A stretch of 64,000 nt of DNA, taken from NCBI GenBank assembly GCA_951406725.2, contig OX597818.1, positions 111,104,001 to 111,168,000 of the forward strand, given 5' to 3'. Below the pieces are notes generated by a model, which worked only from the letters and a program-made list of their open reading frames with translations, was not told where the DNA came from and ran no database searches. Origin of the DNA: Octopus vulgaris. Taxonomy: Eukaryota. A program made the translations under genes and the position numbers. Positions within the stretch are counted from its first letter, which is position 1; each line of letters opens with the position of its first letter. Of this stretch, positions 1-13,803 are shown one piece after another.

Positions 1-32
1 GCAGCAAATATCTCCCTGAAATCTTGCAGAAG

Positions 33-745
33 GCAAGGCTGTGTGGTAAGAAGTCTGTTTCCCAACCACATAGTTGCAGGTTCAGTCCCACAACATGTAA
101 CCACAGGCAAGTATCTTCTACTATAAGTGGAGGCACATAGCCTAGTGGTTAGAGCAGCAGACTCGTGGTCGAGGGATCAAGGGTTCGAATCTCAGATCAG
201 ACAATGTGTGTGTTTATGAGCAAAACACCTAAGCTCCAAGCGGCTCTGGCAGAAGGTAATGGCGAAACTTCTGCTGACTCTTTTGCCACAACTTTCTCGC
301 ACTCTTTCCTACTGCATCTTGCAGCTCACCTGCGATGGACTGGCGTTCCGTCCAGGTGGGGAACCTATACGCCAAGAAACTGGGAAACAGGCCCTTATGA
401 GCCAGGCATGGCTCGAGAAGGAACAAACAACAAAGTCTTCTACTATAGCTTTGGGCTGACCAAAGTCTTGAAAATGGATTTGGTTACAGAGACTGAAAGA
501 AGCCTGCCACAAACACACACACGAGTGTGTGTGTGTGTGTGTGTGTGCATATTTGTTTGTCCTGAACCACTGCATGACAACCAATGTTGGTGTGTTTATG
601 CCCCCATAACCTAGTAGTTCACCAAAAATGATCAACAGAATAAGTACCAATCTTAAAAACAATAGGTACAGGGGTTGAGACATTCCACTAAAAATTCTGA
701 AAGGTAGTACCCCAGCATGGCCACAGTCTAGCAACTGAAATAGTA
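33..745 (+). mobile_element. Abundant tRNA-derived SINE (family 1, internal (TG)n), interrupted by a second SINE
   Basis: Head ggctgtgtggtaagaag...cccaaccac...ggttcagtccca, body ctgaaagaagcc, tail cagcatggccacagtc; many copies in window. Confidence 0.75.
126..435 (+). mobile_element. tRNA-derived SINE (family 2) with 12-bp TSD
   Basis: A box tagcctagtgg, B box ggttcgaatct, (CAA)n tail; TSD tcttctactata at 114-125 and 436-447. Confidence 0.85.
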
Positions 746-1030
746 ACAGTTATAGCCACAAATCACAATCAATGCTGCTGCTACTGTCTCCACAATTTTA
801 AAAGAGGAACACCCTCAACAATACACCTTCAAAAGCAAAACAATACTAAATCTAAAAACGACTGTTAAGGTCTCTGGTTTGTGATATAACATATGAGAGA
901 TAACAAGTCTATGGTTATGATGCTTGTCTGTTTCAACTCACATTAACCGAAGATCTACTAACTTATTTCCAACAGCTACACAAACTCAATATGCTGCCTC
1001 ATACAAAATAAATAAGTAGTGAGAACTAAC

Positions 1031-1064
1031 CGTGTAATCTCGAAAATGTTTCCTTGCTAGTTTA
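1031..1064 (-). CDS. Micro-exon E21 (34 nt, phase 2->0): KLARKHFRDYT; gene continues beyond the left edge
   Basis: Acceptor tttcttttgtag, donor GTTAGT; paralog of E9/E13/E17. Confidence 0.85.
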
Positions 1065-2869
1065 CTACAAAAGAAATAAAAGAACACACATCATCATGAC
1101 TGTCATCATCAACATAATTATCATCATCATGAAGTAACATTTTCAACAATAATTTCATCTTTAGATGGCGTTTTTAAAAAAAATATTTGAACCTAGATTT
1201 AAACTGCATTTCATTTACCTTTGTCTGTGAACCTCATTAGGAGTTTTATTCTCAGCTATGTGCATAGTATCAGACTTTTAATATTTATCTCTCTGCAAAA
1301 ACAGAAATATTACTTTCAAATTTTGGCACCAGGCCTGCAATTTTGAGGGAGTGAATAAGTCAATAATATCGACCATGTAATCAACTAGTACTTAGTTTAT
1401 TGAAAACATGAAGGCCAAAGGTGACCTTGGTGAGATATAAACTCAGAACGTGAAGATGGACAAAATGCCGCTAAGCATTTTACCTGGTATAGTAATGATT
1501 CTGCCAGCTCACCACCATAGCAAACACAGAAATATTGAACTGATGTCACTACTGGCCTTACTAATTCCATTATTGGTAAGACGTATATGTCCTGATTCTT
1601 TGATTCTCATGAGTTTCCCACTTTGGAATTACGGAATCTTCATTCTATAGCATTATATTAATTCATTTCTCACTCAATATGTATTAAAATATTTCTTCTA
1701 TCATTAAGGCTTTTCAATATTCTTCCATCCCAACCTTTAAAACCTTGCAGTGTTTCATGTACAAGGCCCTCCATAAATGCATGGCATGTTATAAATGCAG
1801 TTTTAATGTTCCAACTGAAACAATGCAGATGGAGATGCATAAAAAAAACATTTTCATCTCAAAAGATGAAGTTAATAATCTGAAAAACTTATAATCACAT
1901 CTGCAATAACTCATCTCAAACATTTACATATTTAAGAAACATTATTCTCAAATTAAAAATACACCCCTTTCTCATTTACAAAACAAACAGCCAAAGAAAC
2001 AAAGAAATACAGAAAACATGTTACTGTGAATTTGTTTAGTTCTGTAGAGTGTTAGAGTAATGAAGAATGAGGCCAGACTGGAGTTTATATTATAGTGGTC
2101 CTTGTGGTGTAAATGGACACCATACAGATTAATGAACCAAAGCTACATAGAAATCATAAAAGAGGATCACACCCTCAACAGGTCTGAGGTGTAGAATAAC
2201 ACTTGGGGCATTTGCTTGCTCATTTTCATATGCATAACAATTTGTCTCCTCATAAAATATTATCAATTAAGCACCAAAGATAACCTTTGCAGCATGTAGA
2301 GTCCACTGACTTTGGCTGTTGTTGTACATCATAACAACGTATTCCCAAAGATGATCATGTCTCTGAAGACTGGTCCTTAGGATTCACTTTAACCATGAAC
2401 CATTCAAAATGATGTGAATAAAGAAGCTTTACATTTGCCAGAGTAATCTCATTGCTAAACGGTTAATTAGTGTATATTTTTGTAGTATTATCATATTTAA
2501 TGATGCATATTTTTATGTCCTTTTAGACTGTATTATTTTCAAAATACAACTCATAAGAATTTAACGATATAATTTCTCATAGATTATTTTACACACATTT
2601 GTATTAAGCCTAATATCTTAAATTTCAAACTGAGAAAGCTGAGATATATCCAGGAAATACAGGAAAACATTGATTGAATCCATCAAACGATTGAGTTTGA
2701 ATTTCAAATGTAGCTTAAAATAGTATTTGTTTGTTCTTCTGCTCTCAACACTTCTTGATGATAGCAATCTGTGAAAATATCTCAATTTTAAATTTCAAAC
2801 TGAAAAAAAAAACAGAAAAATAAATTCATTCATTCACCTACCATCATACCCACCCACTATTTGTTGTCA

Positions 2870-3690
2870 GGTTAGAGTATCACATCTATAGGGTCTAATC
2901 AGAAGTGACCATCACTAGACCGCCTGACTGGATTTCCAAGAGACAATATTTTACTGAGACAACTGAGACAATATTTTACTCCAACAATTGGCTTGGCTTG
3001 AAGAGTCCATCTAGTGATTCTTTCGTGCAACATTCTAATCCAGTACCAGAGATGAAACTGTTCAATGGGCAGAAGTAGAAGTTTGCCCTGGAGAGAATCC
3101 CTAGCCTCCAAGCTATGTCAAGTAACATTACTCTAGAGACCTTTTGGTACACTGTGGCATAAAAAGAGGCAGCAGGGAGAGTAAAAACCCCCCAAGGCTA
3201 AGTCATAGGAGGACTCTGAGGTTAAGCTGGACTCTGATTTTAGATTGATCAATATAGGATTCTGGCAGAATATCTTCTCACTTTATAACAAGAAGCCCTC
3301 TTCCACCATTGACGTTATGAATTCAGCTGGAATTCTTCTCTCTAAAAAGAAAAGCATTCTTTGGGCTTGAAGAGAATACGCTGAGAATCTCAATCTGATT
3401 AGGACAAAATCTTCTGGTTGACATGAGGTACATATAGGGCCAAAGACTGACCTCACAGAAGCTAGAGTCACGGAGGTGATTAAAGCACTCAAGTGTGCCA
3501 AGGCAGCTGAAGTGGATGAAATTTCACCTGAGATGTTAAGAAAATTAAAAAGAGAAGATATTCTCTGGTTGATTTGTGTATAGCAGGTGGCATGGACTTC
3601 TGAAAGGACACCAAAACAATGGCAGTCTGGGGTGATGATCCCAATTTTGAAAAAGGGAGAGAAAACTGAAGGAAACAAATGTTTGGACTA
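2870..3690 (+). mobile_element. Old RTE-type LINE remnant
   Basis: + frame remnants VTEVIKALKCAKAAEVDEISPEML...WQSGVMIPILKKG typical of the pre-RT region; stops and frameshifts. Confidence 0.6.
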
Positions 3691-4173
3691 GGAATTCCTT
3701 GCTTTGTGTTATTCCTTGTTTCTGTTCAGGGTTGTTACATGACAAGGACTTATTCAAATTGAAATACTGAATATAAATATATTTAGTTATTTCTCACATC
3801 AACTTTGTCATGGATATTTTCTACATATACCTTTATACTGGTTTCAAAGTTTGGCACAAGGCCAGCAACTTTGGAGCAAACTAGATCAATTACAATGACC
3901 CCAGTGCTAAATTTTAACTTATTCTATCAAACATGAAAAGATGAAAGGCAAAGTCAACCTCAACAGAACTAAACTCAGGCAGTAAAGATAGATGAAATGC
4001 CACTAAGAATTATGCCCGTTGTACTAACAACTTTGCCAGCTCACCACTTTATATATATATATCATTATATTGTGATCACATTTATACATGACAATTACAT
4101 TATCATCATTTAACATCCTTATTTCAATAAAGTAGAAATCCAATTTAAACAAAATGTAATGAAAAATATTTAC

Positions 4174-4235
4174 ATAGCTTTTTCTTTGTCAAAAGATGGA
4201 AGATCAAGTAGTTCCTTCAAAAGTCCTTGAAAATC
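4174..4235 (-). CDS. Exon E20 (62 nt, phase 0->2): DFQGLLKELLDLPSFDKEKA(I)
   Basis: Acceptor atatttatag, donor GTAAAT; paralog of E12/E16. Confidence 0.85.
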
Positions 4236-4706
4236 CTATAAATATTCAAAATGAAAGAATATGTTTAGACTTTATAATAAAATTAATGATTTAACATTTG
4301 TAGTTCTATTTTACCATGTAACTGACTCTTCAATAAAACTGGATATTGCCTCACTTCCTGAAGCAATTGGGTGTTTTGCTTCTCTACATCCACAGCAACA
4401 TCAACTTTCAGATATTTCAGGAACATTGGAATAATTCCAGAACATATACTTTCAACCAACTTTGTACTGTAAGAAAATTAAAGTAATCATTTCTAAACAA
4501 TGCACAAGATCACACATTTTGTAGGAGTCTAGTTATTTGCAACACAGAGCTTAACTAATAAAGGAATGTGGTTTACTAATTAGGGTTTTAACTTCACCAT
4601 TATAAAGTAATGGCTTTGCTTCCTGGACCAAGAGGCACATTATGCCCCTGAGTAAAACAGTTCAGTATTATTTTCTTCCAGTCTATTTAGCTGACAATAA
4701 GCAACA

Positions 4707-5340
4707 ACAGGTACAGGGGTTTATCTTTGGCTAGGTATTTCTCCTGCAGCTGCCTTACCAGGAATATAGCATCAGTGGTACTTTTCCCAGGTACGAACCC
4801 AAACTGCATCTCATCTAAACTAACTCTCTCTCTAATTAGTTGGGCTATGACCCTCAAATACCTCAAGCCTTTGGTTCTCACGGCGCAGAACATTGGCAAA
4901 TTTTTTCTTATCTGCTTCCTCTCTGGCTAAATAGACCTGTCTCTTAGCTTCTCTTTTGGCAGTCTGATACAATTCCCTGCTACCACCATTCTTCCAGTGC
5001 TTCCAAGCCTGTCTCTTTTGTCTAATAGCCCTGTCTACAGCATTGTTCCACCACCACGTTATTTTGGGTCGAGAGGGGACTTTGCATCAACCACAGATCT
5101 GGTTAGTGGCCCTCAGCAGGTTGTCCCTTAGAAACCTCCAGTTGTCTTCTACACCATGTGAAGCTATATCCCTTTCTACTTTGTCAAAGGCTTCAAGTAA
5201 TATGTCCTTAAATCTCTGTCCATTTGCAGGATCTTTAAGCTTCCAGATCCTTCTTCTCCATGTTGGTCGTCTTCTGGCTGGCCTCTTAGTCCTGATCCTA
5301 AAGTCACTAACTACCAGTCTATGTTGTGGGGTACATTCTG
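4707..5340 (-). mobile_element. Internally deleted fragment of the same RTE family as 35250-39039
   Basis: ECTPQHRLVVSDFRIRTKR...KLKDPANGQRF and QFGFVPGKSTTDAIFLVRQLQEKYLAK nearly identical to the long copy. Confidence 0.9.
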
Positions 5341-5879
5341 TGAAGAAAGAAGACAAAATGGTAACAGCTTCAACAAAGTTGCACATTCAGAACTGACCTG
5401 GAATTAACCACATTGCATTTAATGTGTCCATATTTGGCCTAAATATTCTACCTGTTTCATATTCACACCAGCTACATTTGGCTTCACAAACCTACTCTAC
5501 AATGTCATTCTGCTAGAATGACAGCTGCTAAATTAATCCCAACACAGTAGGCACATTGTCCAATGGCAACTTTCCAGGTGCAATCCCATGGTCATTCATA
5601 ACAGGAAGGGTAAACTTTGAATAAAAAGGTAAAAAAAGAAAAAGGTAAAAAAAAGAAAACCTGCACTGAATTTGAGCCTAAGACTTATGAACTTGTAACC
5701 AAATACCTTATGCCCACAACCACTTCATTTCTACAGGGCATCTACTTTGGCAATTTATAATTAAATAATACCAGATTTACAAGCAATTCAGTTATTTTTA
5801 GTTCTCTTGTAATTGTTTAGCCCGAGGTCAGTCCTGATCTGCCAATATACTGCACTGTAAATAAATCATATCGACTAAC

Positions 5880-5913
5880 CTTACGGCCTTTGAAGAATTC
5901 CTCGGCAACTTTC
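5880..5913 (-). CDS. Micro-exon E19 (34 nt, phase 2->0): KVAEEFFKGRK
   Basis: Acceptor tttctcttgcag, donor aag|GTTAGT; same K-x-A-x-E-x-F pattern as the other short exons. Confidence 0.85.
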
Positions 5914-6973
5914 CTGCAAGAGAAACAAATAGACACATATTTTCAGCACATCATCACAATCATCTTCATTACTTCTACATCAATTCACAAAAGGAACCAT
6001 TGCAGAACTGTTATTTTATGTTTGTACATTTTATTACTTAAATATAAATTTAGAATTCATTTGAATAGGTTTAATTTCTGATTATCACCAGGCATCATAT
6101 TTGTGGATGTCTGTACAGTATGAAACTGGAATGTATTTAGCTTCCAAAGATTTCTCTATCAGCAAAAGCAGCCATGGTGAGTCGATGTCAGTTTTAGGTT
6201 TATCTTAACTGGCTTCTTAACAAGAGCATGGCTCTTGCTAATAGGTAAAGCATCTTGGTTTTCCAAAAGGAACAAATGAATAAATAATAACACAAAGTAT
6301 TATAAATGCTTCAAATTTACATTAAGCTTGAAACTCATGTTCATTCAATCAAATTAAGCTTCATTCAATTATTCTGGCAAAAGACTTTTGTCTTTGAATA
6401 ACAAGTAATTCTTCATTATCTCCATTCTGTACTGCTCACTGGCCAGTCCTTGGTCAGTTTTGGTAGCATATCAGGCATTTTAAGAAGAGGTTGCAAACCC
6501 TTTGATTTAACCCTTCCCCAATTATAGAGACAAAGACACTGTGGATGTGCCCTAAGATATTTTACACAGTACAATGACACTAATGCAAAGAAAGTTAGAG
6601 TGTTAAGAATTTATCCCTGGATTTGATTGGTAATTTATTTATCAGACCCAGGAAGATAGAAGGTAATGTTGACTTCTGTGGGATTTGAACTCATAGCAAA
6701 GCGTGCTAGAAAGAGAAGTACAACACTTTCAATCTGACACTCTTATGATCCTGTCAATTTCCACCAAACAAATACTTAGTAACTTTTTAATAGTCCTCTA
6801 AGCAAACATAGTTTAATAGCCACTGGAGTATGTAATAAATATTTTGGTATAAAACAAGAGAAACCTCAGTCATAATGCTGACTTACATGGAACTGCACCT
6901 TGTTACACATTGTGATATCACAGATTGGTTAATGATACTTTTCGTCTTTCTTTATTTGAATCATGTCTTTTCA

Positions 6974-7888
6974 CCCTTTAGTGTTGAAACTGGCTAAAAC
7001 CAGCCAACGTTAAATCCCCTTTATTTGTTCAAACCAACCAAATCTGACCGTATCCAACTGCTCTACGAAACTGCTAAAAAATGAACAAATCATGTTGCTG
7101 AATTCTCGTAGCTTTTAGATAATGTGCAATGAAGCCTTTCCCATTTTTATTCAAGTATAAATAGTGTGAAATTGTTTAAATCACATAGTTTTTTCAATAT
7201 TTGAAGAGAAGTCTGTAATTTGTTTTTAATGAAATGGCATCAGTAAGTAGCAATTCTGACTTTGAAGGTTTTACTCTTGATGATATAGAAAATATAAATG
7301 AAAACAAGAGTATTTTGTCTTCAGATGAATCTGATATTGATATTAGTGAATAGTCATCGGATGAGGAAGATCTTGAGAACGAATGTGATAAAAATGAAAG
7401 TGATGAAAATGATATCATAAACATGGCAACATGGTCAAAAATTACAACACCAATCACTATTCCTGATTTCACAAAAAAACACTGGTCCACAACACAATTT
7501 ACCTCATGATGCTCAACCATTGGACTATCTATTTTTATTTTTATTCAGAAAGTTTTTTTTAAACTGTTATGGAGGAAACAAACAAATATGCACAACATAT
7601 AATTTCTATTCGTGAAGGAAACGATCCATTATGGCAGCCAACTTAAACTGTGGAAATGAGAACATTTTTCACAATCAATATTATGTTTGGTGTTAAACAG
7701 CTTTCTTGACTGTGAAACTACAGGAGTCCTGATATAAGGTATGCTGATCTATATATGTCAAGCATAATGTTGAAGACACGGCATTCAAAAATATCTCAGT
7801 ATTTACATTCAATTAATTCTGCTAATGACCCCAACAAAAACAACCTAAAATATGATCCCCTGTACAAAGTATGTCCTGTAATTGATTG
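6974..7888 (+). mobile_element. piggyBac-like transposon 5' remnant (transposase pseudogene)
   Basis: Begins ccctttag; from ATG 7234 an acidic N-terminus SDFEGF..SSDESD then ETNKYA...EMRTFF...ISQYLH...YDPLYKV typical of PGBD-type transposases; multiple stops. Confidence 0.7.
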
Positions 7889-8622
7889 CAAGTTACTTGG
7901 CAACCCTACTGGTGCTAGTGCCAAGTAAAAGTATCTGTATCAATGCCACATAAGGGCACTTGTGCCGTTGTCAGATTAGAAACCTCTATGCTGCTGCCAC
8001 ATAAAAAGCAACAAGAACACTCTGTAAAGTAGTTGGCATTAGGAAGGGCTTCCAGCTGTAGAAATAAAACCAAAACTGATTGGAGCCTATCTGTCTTCCA
8101 TGCTGGCATGGGTTGCCCAATCTGAAGGAACTAGCAAGATGGAGAGCTGTAACAGGCTCCAGTCATCTGCTTCAGCAAGGTTTCTATGGACAGATGCCCT
8201 TCCTAATGCCAACCACTTTACAAAGTGTACTGAGTGCTTTTATATGTGACACCAACACAAGTTCTTGACAATTGTTCAATTCATTTCAATGTGAACTGGG
8301 GAAAGAAATTATCTTGGACTGAAAATTCCCCTCTTATTCTGTTTCTCTTCTGTGGGTGTATGGAATAGGTTTGAGCCTTTTGTCTTGCAGTTAAATACAT
8401 ACAAACAAAAATAGTGTATTAAAAGTTGCGCAACCAGGACTTACTGAAGTTGAAATACTGAACATAGATATTATGTGTTGCCTCATGAAAACAGTGTCAT
8501 GACTCTTGTTACTATTTCCTACATTTATATTTCCTTATAGCGTTATCATATTTATACATCACAATCTCCTCATAATTCAAAGTCAAAATCAAACTTAAAC
8601 AGAGTGTTATAAAATTACATAC

Positions 8623-8687
8623 TTGATGTCTTCAGCTGACATATTGTCTGGTTGTTCATTGAGTTTCTTTTCAAAAGCTTTATAATC
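8623..8687 (-). CDS. Exon E18 (65 nt, phase 0->2): DYKAFEKKLNEQPDNMSAEDI(K)
   Basis: Acceptor ctcttctag, donor GTATGT; paralog of E10/E14. Confidence 0.85.
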
Positions 8688-8897
8688 CTAGAAGAGTTTA
8701 CAATAAAAGCATTTGTTGTAACTTTATAATAAAATGCAATGACTTAACATTAATAGTTCTATTTTGGACTGGTTAATGAAACAAAACATTATCTCACTTA
8801 CATGTACACCTTAAAAAAAAAAAACCTGATTTTTTTCTCTATACATGCTAACTAAGAATAAAGACACAGTTCTATATTTAAGAGATGAGGAATTATG

Positions 8898-9389
8898 TAC
8901 GTTATCTACACTTGACGGATATTTGTCCTCATCTTGTTTGTAGTTAACACATTTCGGCTGATATACCCTCCAGCCTTCATAAGGTGTCTTGGAGAAATTT
9001 TGAACCTGGGTTCTCATTCCTAAGGTATTTTTCGTCGTTGTTGTTGTTGTTGTTATTGTTATTGTTATTATTATTATTATTATTCAGGTCACTGCCTGGA
9101 ATCGAACTCAGAATCTTGGGGTTAGTAGTCCATGCTCTTAAACACTATGCCCACAGGCATATGGCGTAGTGGCTAAGAGCGCGGGCTACTAACCCCAAGA
9201 TTCCAAGTTCGATTCCAGGCAGTGACCTGAACAACAACAACAATAACAAGATTGAAAAATACCTTAGGAATGAGAACCCAGGTTTCAAATTTCCACAAGA
9301 CACCTGATGAAGGCTGAAGTGTATATCAGCTGAAACGTGTTAACAACCAACAAGATGAGGACAAATATCTGTCAATTGTAAATAATGTA
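8898..9389. mobile_element. Head-to-head palindrome of a tRNA-headed element with hammerhead-like tail
   Basis: Arms are reverse complements about a centre at ~9153; A box tggcgtagtgg, B box gttcgattcc (9207-9216), (AAC)n linker, CTGATGA 9304-9310 ... GAAAC 9332-9336. Confidence 0.8.
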
Positions 9390-11047
9390 AATTAGAATAA
9401 AGAGCTGAAGTCATTGACTGATGGGGGATATTACCTAAGTTGAGAAGTGATGCACAAAAGGGAAGTGACATAATACTACAATGCATTTCATCTTGCACTG
9501 TCAACTGATTTTGATATTCCCCTTCTTAAAAGAAGATTCTATGTAGTCACTAAAAGATAGCAACAAAATCTCCCTTAAATCTTGCAAAAAAACTAAAGGG
9601 TGTGGCTGTGTGGTAAGTCTATTAGTTTACATTTGAAAGGAGGAATGGGTATTTCTCCTACCAACCACAAACTCTACCTCTGCCTATCACCTGAAATGTT
9701 ATTTATTGTCCTATGAAAAGATAGAAAGCTATGTTGACCTCAGCAGAATTTTGAATACAGAAATTCAAGAAAGGTGTTATGCTGTCATTTGATCTGCTCA
9801 GCTACATCTTCGTCAACTATCATCATCATTCAATGTCTGTTTTCCATGCCGGCATGGGTTGGACTGTCTGACAGGAGCTGACTAGGCTCCATGTCTACTT
9901 TTACATTGTTTCTATAGCTTGATGCCCTTCCTATTGCCAACCACTTTACAGAGTGTACTGGATGCTTTTATGCATAACCAGCATGGGTGTGTATACATGG
10001 CATTTGACTGGGTGGATTTTATGTGGCTCCAGCACCCATGAGCCTCCAAAATTACGAATGTTCAGCTAGAGAAAGATGCAATGGACATGCCTGTATGCAA
10101 GGCCGACCACACTTCTACTTAGCTTGACGTGTCTTTTCAAGCACAGCAAACCACCAGGAGTCCCAGACCCTATCCTGTCACTCTCTCTGTGAGACCTAGC
10201 ATCTAAAGATCCTCTCTCACCACTTCATCCCACATCCGCCTGGGTCTACCCCTTCCACTTTAAAAGTGTTTTAAATAACTTTTTCGGGGGGGGGGGCAGG
10301 TTAGTTTCCATTTTAATTTGATAGCACTATTTTCTGTGTGACTTCAACACCTGAAGGAAAAAAACAAATGGATTGAGAGGAAACTGTTGATTTGATCCAA
10401 ATGCATGAAGGGGAGAGAATTCATACAAAAGGCACCCAAGAAGCAGATGGTGGTTTTAAACTGGGTGACATGTAAAGCCTTTACCCAGTTTTCTAATAAA
10501 ACAAAGGACTTTGATCAAAACCAAACAGCTGGTCATCTTATGTTCATATGAATGAAAATATAGTTTTAACATCCACATTTTACAGCTTTCATGGGTTTGC
10601 AGAATTCATTCACGTAGATGTTTGTTACAGTGAAAGGATTTAATGTATTTCTTTGGTCTTTAGACTCCCATGGAAAAACAATTGGAGCTAAACAACAATA
10701 TCTGTAATACTAACAGCAATAACCACAAAAATCACAATCGACGCTGCTGCTGCAACTGGTGCTAATGCAGTTACTGAAGCTACTGCTGGTGGTGCTACTG
10801 CAGCTAACCCCACTATTTTAAAAAAGGAAGACCTCCAGCAATTCACCTTCAAAAGCAAAACAATACTAAATCTAAAAAGGACTATTAAGGTCTCTGGCTT
10901 GATGAAATAAAACAGATGAGAGATAACAAGTCTGTGGTTAGGGTGCTTGTCTGTTTCAATTCACATTAACAGAGGATCTAACTTATTTCTAGTAGCTACA
11001 CAAACTCAATATGCTACCTTCTACATAAATAAAAAGTAAGGACTAAC

Positions 11048-11081
11048 CTTGTGCATTTCAAAATATTCTTGTGCTAGTTTC
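11048..11081 (-). CDS. Micro-exon E17 (34 nt, phase 2->0): KLAQEYFEMHK
   Basis: Acceptor ttccttttgtag, donor aag|GTTAGT. Confidence 0.85.
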
Positions 11082-12251
11082 CTACAAAAGGAATAAAGAA
11101 ATACAAATCATCATTACCATCGTCATTGTCACCACCACCACCATCACTGCCAACAACAACAACAACGCTGCCACCACTGCCATCATCACCATCATCATTT
11201 AGTGTCTACTTTTCATGCTGACATGGATTAGACAGTATGACTGGAGCTGGTAAACCAGCAAGTTGCACTGGGTTCCAGTCAGATTTGGCAAGGTTTCTAC
11301 AGCCGGATGCCCTTCCTAATGCCAAGAGTGTAAAGGGTGTCTTTAATATGCCACTGGCATGGGTGCTGTTATGTGCTACCAGCACAGGTGCACTTCTGTG
11401 ACAGTTATGTGGCACTAGCATCAGCCATGACTACAACTTTACTTCGCTTGACGAGTCTTCTAAAGCATGGCATATCGCCAATGGTCTTGTTCACTTGTCA
11501 CCTCTACAATTAATTTCATCTTTAGAATGGATTTTTCTTCTTTTTAATATTGGAACCTACATTAGGACTTCATTTCAATTAGTTTCATCTCTGAATCTCA
11601 TTAGGAGTTTTATTCTTGGCTTAATGCATGGTACCAGATCATTAATATTATAGCAAATATTTACAAATATTTGCTTCAAATTTTTGCACAGGGCCTGCAA
11701 TGACAACTGGTACTTATTTTATCAACCCTGAAAAGAAGGAAGGCAAAGGTGACTTTGGTGAGATATAAACTCAAAATCTGAAGATGGACAAAATGCCACT
11801 AAGCATTTTGCCTGGCATAGTAACGATTCTGCCAGCTCACCACCATAGCAAACACAGAAATATTGAACTGAAGTCACTACTTGCCTTACTAATTACATTA
11901 TTGGTAAGACGTATATTTCCTGATTCTTTGATTCTCATGAGTTTCCACTTTGGAATTACGAAATCTTCATTCTATAGCATTATATTAATTCATTTCTCAC
12001 TCCATATGTATTAAAATGTTTATTCTGTCATTAAGGCTTTTCAGTATTCTTCCACCCCAACCTTTAGAACTTCACAGTGTTTCATATGCAAGGCCCTCCA
12101 TAAATGCATGGCATGTTATAAATGCTAATGATTTTGCCAGCTTGCCACCCAATATGAACCCTTATATTGTTATCATATTTACACACCACAATCTCCTCAT
12201 TTCATTAACAATAAAAATTGAAGTTAAACAAAATGTAATAAAAATATTTAC

Positions 12252-12313
12252 TTAGTTTTTTGTGTGTCGAGATATGGAGGATAGAGAAGTTCGTTCAAAA
12301 AATCTTCATAGTC
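12252..12313 (-). CDS. Exon E16 (62 nt, phase 0->2): DYEDFLNELLYPPYLDTQKT(K)
   Basis: Acceptor atatttatag, donor GTAAAT; paralog of E12/E20. Confidence 0.85.
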
Positions 12314-13775
12314 CTATAAATATTCAAAATGAAAGCATATGTTTAGACTTTTATAATAAACTGAATGATTTAATATCTGCAGTTCTATTTTACCATGTAA
12401 TTGACTCTTCAATAAAACTGGATATTGCCTCACTTCCTGAAGTAATTGGTTGTTTTGCTTCTCTACATCCACAGCAACATCAAACTTCAGATATTTCAGG
12501 AACATTGGAATAATTCCAGAACATATACTTTCAACCAACTTTGTACTGTAGGAAAATTAAAGTAATCATTTCTAAACAATGCACAAAATCACACATTTTG
12601 TAGGGGTCTAATTATTTGCAACACAGAGCTTGACTAATAAAGGAATGTGGTTTACTAATTAGGGTTTTAACTTCACAATTATAAAGTAATGGCTTTGCTT
12701 CCTGGACCAAGAGGTACATTATGCTCCTGAGTAAAACGGTTCAGTAAATTTCCCTCTAATCTACTTAGCTGACAATATGCAACAGCTGAGTGATGCTGGA
12801 GCCCTCTCTCACTCCAGCTATCATGTCCTTACTGTTGGGTGAAAGGTAGGATGGTTGAGGAGTTGTTTGTATTGAATTGTCACTGCATAGACACATAAAT
12901 GACATATTGAAAATACAGTTTCAGGTTATATTATTTTGTGTGAGATAGCTCTGTTTTGTTTTGGTTATTTTTTCTTTTTTTTTTTTTTGTTAGTCACTTT
13001 TCTAAATACTTGTCTAAAAGGTTGCATGAGTAAGAAGTTTATGTTGTAACTAAATGGTTTTACACACAATCTAATTGCCCCACAAATTGGGCAAGTGTCT
13101 ACCATGACAGTTATGAACTGACTAATATTTTGTGAGTTGAATTTAATAAATGGAAATTGTGCAGAATATCACTGTATGCTGTTACCTTCACACGTATTTA
13201 TTTGTGTTATAGAGAAAAATTGAAAAACTGGTGCTTTTTGAATAAAGTACGCAGCCACAGCTGTTTCATTCTCTTCACAATCACAAATAAAGTGAAACGG
13301 TCTATAGTGACTGACTGGTTATAAACAAATAAACATGAACCCCATATATAAAAATATAAATGAATCTGTATGTCTTGCAAGACAATGGAGCTGTGTGACT
13401 GAACATAGTATTTTTTATGGCAGACCAGATGTTGCCTATGCATACAATCCTCTACATCACCATACTAACAGTGAAGCCAGGGAAAATGTGAAGACTAATA
13501 CAACTTGGTTTCAGTATCATCAGATGTTTTTGTCAGTAGGAAAAAAAAACAACAAAAACAAACCAGAAAACCCTCATCTGAAGTTTGACAACCTTTGTAA
13601 TCCATTGCTCTCGGTTAGAACTACTATTATCAAACAAGAAAGAATGAAAATTAAAAGTCAATTTTAAATGTTTGGAACTAAAACAAATACTGCAAGGCAT
13701 TCTCTCTGACACCCAAACTAATTGGTCAATATAATGTCATAGAAATATATAAATAAATAAAAAGTAATAACTAAC

Positions 13776-13803
13776 CTTTGAAAAGCAATTTTCTGCTAGT
13801 TCC
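13776..13803 (-). CDS. Micro-exon E15 (28 nt, phase 2->0): ELAENCFSK
   Basis: Acceptor ttttgcttttgtag, donor aag|GTTAGT. Confidence 0.8.

Noticed and set aside
126-200. tRNA genes (also 9156-9225, 24115-24190)
   Set aside because: A/B boxes present but they run into SINE bodies with tails and, for two of them, TSDs; no complete cloverleaf
13250-13270. GAAACAGCTGT hammerhead half on the minus strand
   Set aside because: No matching CUGANGA found and the triplet would be GUG
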